DNA from: Alphaproteobacteria bacterium
GTDB lineage: Bacteria > Pseudomonadota > Alphaproteobacteria > Rickettsiales > UBA998
Reading direction: 5' to 3'
DNA: 64,000 nt
Assembly (NCBI GenBank): GCA_043765375.1
Contig: JAYUJH010000008.1
Span: 12,113 to 76,112 of the forward strand
Under the pieces are notes generated by a model. The model was given only the letters and a program-made list of their open reading frames with translations. It made no database searches and had not been told where the DNA came from. Positions 59,470-64,000 of this stretch are shown piece after piece (positions within the stretch are counted from its first letter, which is position 1; the number at the start of each line of letters is the position of its first letter). A program made the position numbers and the translations under genes.

Positions 59470-60099
59470 ATGACTGATGAAACTCAAATAAACACTCAAA
59501 CAATTAACACTTCGGAAATGCAAACATACCCAGCAAGCGCCGTTGTGAATTATATGTTGGATAACGCTGAAAAATATGGAGTTATTATTACTCCAATGAA
59601 ATTGCAAAAATTGCTATATTTCGCTAATGGCTGGTCGTGGGCTTTTTATAACAAACCCTTAATTAGCGACGAATGCCACGCATGGCAATATGGTCCAGTT
59701 TATCCTAGTGTTTATAACGCATATAAAAGTTTTGGCAGAAATGAAATTTTTAGCGAAAAAGGTAGTAAAATGCATGATTGTGGCAATACTATTGGCAATT
59801 TGGTGACAATAGTAAATTCATTTGATGATGTAGATGAAGGCTATTCGGAGCAAAAAACTTCCGATGATTATAGTTATCAAACAATTCAAGATGACGTTGC
59901 AAAAAATCTGATTATTAATATCTTGAAAAGCTATGGTAAAGCGGGAGGAGTTGCGCTTTCTGAGTGGACGCATGTTGGTTCATCTGATAACCCATGGTTA
60001 ATTGCTAGAAACAAAGGGGGTTCTAGTAGATTGAAAATTCAGGATAAAGACATCAAAGAATATTTTTCTCGCATAAAAAAACAAGGAACTTTAAAATAA
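59470..60099 (+). CDS. Panacea/DUF4065-domain protein (SocA/PanA-type antitoxin-like; GepA-like)
   Basis: ITPMKLQKLLYFANGWSWAFYNKPLISDECHAWQYGPVYPSVYNAYKSFG is the DUF4065 signature as I remember it. AAAGAGG is 7 nt upstream of ATG 59470 (the track starts at GTG 59449). Confidence 0.8.
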   Translation: MTDETQINTQTINTSEMQTYPASAVVNYMLDNAEKYGVIITPMKLQKLLYFANGWSWAFYNKPLISDECHAWQYGPVYPSVYNAYKSFGRNEIFSEKGSKMHDCGNTIGNLVTIVNSFDDVDEGYSEQKTSDDYSYQTIQDDVAKNLIINILKSYGKAGGVALSEWTHVGSSDNPWLIARNKGGSSRLKIQDKDIKEYFSRIKKQGTLK

Positions 60100-60677
60100 T
60101 GAATCAAATTGAAACTCCAGACGAATTGCCGACTAGCCCAACAATAAGTAATACGGAAGAAAAAGGCGAAATACCTGATCTTATTAAGAAAGAAGCTTAC
60201 AGAGTAATGTATAATAAATGGGTAGTATTTGTTATTTTGTGTATAATAACGGGAATTATTTTTTCGTTTCCTTGGATATACGAAAATTGCATTTTTCGCA
60301 TAGAAGGTTTGCAAAAACTGCAGACTATGACAGACGAAAAATTTTCCGCTTCATTTTTATTGAGCATATATTTATTTGGTAAAACCTTTGGGTTTTTATT
60401 TTTATTTTCTCTATTTATATATGTAGCTAAAATATTTGATAATCTGCGCCGCTTAGAGATTATATATCGTGACAAGGCATTGGCGTTCAGAAATATATCA
60501 ATATTATATTACGACGCACAAGTAGCAGAAGTTGAAAAATATTATGATTTTGTATTTGAGCCAACCTTGCAGCAAGCAGAAAAGCAAAAACCTATGGAAC
60601 AACGTAATAATCAGCATCTTGGTGATGCACTTGCATCATTGATAGAAAAAATAACCGAACTATTGAAGAAAAAATAA
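60099..60677 (+). CDS. uncharacterised 2-TM protein translationally coupled to the Panacea gene (candidate toxin/effector)
   Basis: TAATG stop/start overlap at 60097-60101. 192 aa. Helices VVFVILCIITGIIFSFPWIY and FLLSIYLFGKTFGFLFLFSLFIYVA, followed by an amphipathic helical tail (IFDNLRRLEIIYRDKALAFRN...). No enzymatic motif. Confidence 0.6.
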   Translation: MNQIETPDELPTSPTISNTEEKGEIPDLIKKEAYRVMYNKWVVFVILCIITGIIFSFPWIYENCIFRIEGLQKLQTMTDEKFSASFLLSIYLFGKTFGFLFLFSLFIYVAKIFDNLRRLEIIYRDKALAFRNISILYYDAQVAEVEKYYDFVFEPTLQQAEKQKPMEQRNNQHLGDALASLIEKITELLKKK

Positions 60678-60692
60678 CCACGGAAACTAATA

Positions 60693-62006
60693 ATGGATAA
60701 AATACGGATAATTGGGGGCAAACCCCTAAATGGTGAGATTCGCATAAGCGGGGCGAAAAATGCTGCACTGCCGCTGATGTGCGCTGCACTTCTGACTGAG
60801 GAAACTCTCACCCTTAGCAATATGCCATATCTCGCTGATATCGTCACCATGTCGCAATTATTGATGCAACACGGCATCAACTTCAACATGACTGATGCGC
60901 ACGAGATGCAACAATTTGGCGACATCACGTTAGGGCGCACCGTGATGCTTGATGGTGGCAACATCACCAGCTTCACCGCACCATATGAAATTGTGCGCAA
61001 AATGCGGGCTTCAGTGCTGGTGTTAGGGCCTTTGCTTGCTCGGTTCGGTGAGGCTCGGGTATCACTCCCAGGGGGGTGCGCTATTGGCACTCGTCCGATT
61101 GATTTGCATTTATCCGCCCTTGAGCAAATGGGCGCAGAAATTGAGCTTGAACAAGGTTATATCGTTGCAACCGCACCCAAGGGATTGCGGGGAGCTGATA
61201 TTATATTTGACAAAGTCTCCGTCGGTGCTACCGAAAATATCATGATGGCAGCAAGCCTTGCACATGGCACAACTCGGTTATATAACGCTGCATGTGAGCC
61301 TGAGATTGTTGACCTCGCCAAATGTTTGAATGCAATGGGGGCGGATATAAGCGGGGAAGGCACTTCCACCATCATCATTAACGGCAAACCAAAACTTCAC
61401 GCTGCTTTCCACAGCGTCATGGCGGATAGGATTGAAGCGGGAACATTTGTTGCCTGCGTTGCCCTCGCTGGTGGGGAAATATTGCTCAAAGCCGCCCCGA
61501 TTGAGGCAATGAAGCCGATGATTGAGATATGTCAAAAAGCGGGGGTGATTTTCACCGAGCATAAAGCGGGTGAGTTGCGAGTGAGAAGCAATCGCAAGCT
61601 ACAAGCTGTTGACATCACCACTGCTCCGCACCCTGCCTTCCCAACAGATATGCAAGCTCAATTAATGGCGATGATGACCATGGCAATAGGGGCGAATGGC
61701 GGGCATGGAACTTCCATCATCACTGAGACAATCTTTGAAAATCGCTTTATGCACGTCCCTGAATTGCTGCGCATGGGGGCGGATATCAGCCTCAAAGGGC
61801 AATCTGCGATTATCAAAGGGGTGGAGCGTCTGCATGGTGCGAATGTGATGGCAACAGATTTGCGAGCATCTGTTTCATTAGCGATTGCCGCACTCGCCAC
61901 GCCCGAGGAAACCGTGATACACCGCATTTATCATCTGGATCGTGGTTATGAATATCTGGAAGCAAAACTCTCAGCCTGCGGTGCGGATATTATGCGGGTG
62001 AAGTGA
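60693..62006 (+). CDS. murA: UDP-N-acetylglucosamine 1-carboxyvinyltransferase
   Basis: MDKIRIIGGKPLNGEIRISGAKNAALPLM and the active-site loop LPGGCAIGTRPIDLH. Confidence 0.97.
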   Translation: MDKIRIIGGKPLNGEIRISGAKNAALPLMCAALLTEETLTLSNMPYLADIVTMSQLLMQHGINFNMTDAHEMQQFGDITLGRTVMLDGGNITSFTAPYEIVRKMRASVLVLGPLLARFGEARVSLPGGCAIGTRPIDLHLSALEQMGAEIELEQGYIVATAPKGLRGADIIFDKVSVGATENIMMAASLAHGTTRLYNAACEPEIVDLAKCLNAMGADISGEGTSTIIINGKPKLHAAFHSVMADRIEAGTFVACVALAGGEILLKAAPIEAMKPMIEICQKAGVIFTEHKAGELRVRSNRKLQAVDITTAPHPAFPTDMQAQLMAMMTMAIGANGGHGTSIITETIFENRFMHVPELLRMGADISLKGQSAIIKGVERLHGANVMATDLRASVSLAIAALATPEETVIHRIYHLDRGYEYLEAKLSACGADIMRVK

Positions 62007-62929
62007 TGGATTTAGTCAAAAAAATTAAAAATAATAAATTGTTTCTAATTGGATTAACACTAACCTTTTTATGGCTTGCTATGTTTTGCGTGCTTTCAGG
62101 ATTAAATCCACTTGGAATATTAGATGGTAGATTTGATACATTTCATAAACTAGACTTAAATGCTAAGGGTGATTTTTTAGCAGGATTATTCGCCCCCGTT
62201 GCATTTTTATGGTTAATTATTGGCTCTTTTCAACAGCAACAAGAAATTACAAATCAACTTAAAGAAATGCAGTTGCAACGTGAAGAAACGAAGCAAATGG
62301 TGAAAGCACAAAACGAGCAAGCAAAATCAATTGAAGCCAACACCAACCACGCCGCTATGCAGACTTTTTTAATTTTAGAAAAATCATTGAATGAAGGATT
62401 GAAATGGAACTTGAAAAACTTTCTTATGAATTATCACTATTCTCTTCAAACAGAAAATTTAGTGGAAAAAAAAGATAATTTGTTTTTAATTATTAATGCA
62501 GTCAGAATTTCACTGAATGGAAAAACACAACAAGAAATACAAAATTCAAGAAATGACGTTATTCAAATAACCGAAAAACATATAGATTTTTATCAAACTT
62601 ATAAAAATAAAAAAATCGTTTCAAGTGCAATTAATTCATATTTCCAAACATTTGAAATGTTAATTGCGGAAGCTGAAAAAATTGATACGTTATTAAATGA
62701 ATATTACTATAATAAATTTATTGATGACAAAGCAGACGAACTTTCAAATACGGCATTAAGGAAAATGCTTTATCCTCCTGATAAAGCTAAGAAACATTAC
62801 AAATTTGAATATTTTCATAAAAACTCACCAGCGGGCGAACTCTATAATTTATTCAAAGATATTATTGCAGAAGTTGAAGAACATAACAAAGCAGTTGAAG
62901 AACATAACAAAGCAACCGCAACCACCTAA
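62006..62929 (+). CDS. 2-TM + coiled-coil protein, AbiC-like N-terminus (candidate abortive-infection effector)
   Basis: The ATG overlaps the murA stop (TGATG). TM1 is LFLIGLTLTFLWLAMFCVLSG, then KGDFLAGLFAPVAFLWLIIGSFQQQQEI, then about 230 aa that are K/E/N-rich and helical. A 21-nt tandem repeat (VEEHNKA x2) is at 62873-62914. Confidence 0.55.
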   Translation: MDLVKKIKNNKLFLIGLTLTFLWLAMFCVLSGLNPLGILDGRFDTFHKLDLNAKGDFLAGLFAPVAFLWLIIGSFQQQQEITNQLKEMQLQREETKQMVKAQNEQAKSIEANTNHAAMQTFLILEKSLNEGLKWNLKNFLMNYHYSLQTENLVEKKDNLFLIINAVRISLNGKTQQEIQNSRNDVIQITEKHIDFYQTYKNKKIVSSAINSYFQTFEMLIAEAEKIDTLLNEYYYNKFIDDKADELSNTALRKMLYPPDKAKKHYKFEYFHKNSPAGELYNLFKDIIAEVEEHNKAVEEHNKATATT

Positions 62930-63009
62930 AAAAAACCGCTATACTTATGCGCTATTTTGCATTATCAATTATGCAACAAATATTTGCGATAATTTAAGGC
63001 GTATAAAAT

Positions 63010-64000
63010 ATGATAACATTACCCATCTCCAGCAACAACAGCAATCAATCGCTTAAAAAATTACCGTTAGCGCATACATTGCCGTTGAATGTGGGCTTGA
63101 TTCATATTGTAGGAATTGGCGGAATTGGTATGAGTGGCATCGCTGAAATATTGCATAATCTTGGCTATAAAGTGCAAGGAACGGATATCGCCGAAAACGC
63201 CAACATCACACGGCTGCGCACCCAAGGAATTAACGTCACCATCGGGCATGACGCCAGCAACATTGATGGTGCAGCGGTGCTAGTGATTTCCTCCGCCGTC
63301 AAAGCAGGCAATGCGGAAGTGGATAGCGCACGGTTGCGCCATATTCCCGTGGTGAATCGGGCGGACATGTTGGCGGAATTAATGCGCCTCAAAATGGCAG
63401 TAGCAATTGCAGGAACACATGGCAAAACTACCACCACCTCACTCACCGCAGCATTATTGGAGGCAGGGGGGCTAGAGCCTACCATCATTAATGGCGGAAT
63501 TATCAACGCCCTTGGCACCAATGCAAAAGTCGGCAAAGGCGAATGGATGGTGGTGGAAGCCGATGAATCTGACGGCACATTCACCAAAATCCCCGCAACA
63601 ATCGCCGTTATAACTAATATTGACCCTGAACATTTGGATTATTACGGCTCGTTTGAAGCATTAAAATCCGCCTTTCAACAATTTGTCGCCAATATTCCGT
63701 TTTATGGCTTTGCAGTTATGTGTGTGGATCACCCCGTGGTGCAGGAATTAGTCGGCAAAATCCATGATCGGCGAGTGGTGACTTATGGCTATGCAAGCCA
63801 AGCGGATATTCGCCCCGTGGATATTGCGTTTAGCGAGGCGGGGCAAACTTTCAGCATAGAGTTTTCAGAGCGCATTGCGGGAATAAAAACGCTTGAAACT
63901 GGGTTCATATTGCCAATGCACGGCGAACATAATTTAAGCAATGCTTGCGCTGCAATTGCCGTCGCACGGGAGTTGGGGATTGATATGGCAACCATTAAAA
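63010..64000 (+). CDS. murC: UDP-N-acetylmuramate--L-alanine ligase, N-terminal 330 aa (runs off window end)
   Basis: Open-ended, so absent from the track. My translation is MITLPISS...[29 protein letters not shown]...[14 protein letters not shown]...EADESDGTF...[11 protein letters not shown]. Confidence 0.93.
   Translation, partial: MITLPISSNNSNQSLKKLPLAHTLPLNVGLIHIVGIGGIGMSGIAEILHNLGYKVQGTDIAENANITRLRTQGINVTIGHDASNIDGAAVLVISSAVKAGNAEVDSARLRHIPVVNRADMLAELMRLKMAVAIAGTHGKTTTTSLTAALLEAGGLEPTIINGGIINALGTNAKVGKGEWMVVEADESDGTFTKIPATIAVITNIDPEHLDYYGSFEALKSAFQQFVANIPFYGFAVMCVDHPVVQELVGKIHDRRVVTYGYASQADIRPVDIAFSEAGQTFSIEFSERIAGIKTLETGFILPMHGEHNLSNACAAIAVARELGIDMATIK

Overview
AT-rich chromosomal segment whose gene content reads like a reduced, host-associated alphaproteobacterium (Rickettsiales/Holosporales-like). 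Markers are a Tim44-like protein next to mltA, DUF4167, fliX, a ccmB-like gene, eukaryote-type icd, a GTA/HK97-type portal fragment, and Sel1-repeat and RTX proteins. All product calls come from motifs I recognise in the translations; no search was run. About 60 CDS are supported. Housekeeping genes: dxs, hisC, xerD, ftsK, argG, ubiB, icd, trpE, ppiD, tpiA, secG, pyrG, queC, mltA, cysK, recN, nhaA, prmC, holA, lptE, leuS, tolQRA, dcd, murA and murC (partial). Flagellar regulators flhF, flhG and fliX are dispersed. One RNA gene (SRP/4.5S RNA, minus strand, about 13.6-13.7 kb) is absent from the ORF track. I saw no tRNA, rRNA or CRISPR array. Four things stand out. (1) A same-strand array from 55.4 to 64.0 kb has accessory modules spliced between essential genes with tiny or overlapping junctions: tolQRA, then a DpnA-like adenine methylase plus a short E-x-K nuclease-like ORF, dcd, then a Panacea/DUF4065 antitoxin-like gene coupled to a 2-TM protein, murA, then a 2-TM coiled-coil AbiC-like ORF, murC. 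The Panacea + 2-TM pair is my best candidate for an uncharacterised toxin-antitoxin/abortive-infection system. (2) GC-rich palindromic REP units (CCCTCTCCC-N4-GGGAGAGGG-TTGGGGTGAGGG) sit in frame inside leuS in two clusters and inflate it to 1080 aa. (3) A MITE-like palindromic element family occurs at three loci. Two copies carry nested 59-64 bp hairpin modules with conserved ATAGYRC clamps, and two copies form an inverted pair about 20 kb apart. (4) A second small REP family (GTCATACCAGCGGAGGCTGGTATCC) occurs at four intergenic loci. Further oddities: a small secreted Cys-rich repeat peptide, a sub-threshold 52-aa lipoprotein ORF, an orphan RTX-type protein, a GH19 muramidase-like protein with a C-terminal anchor, and many in-frame 15/30-nt tandem repeats in housekeeping genes.
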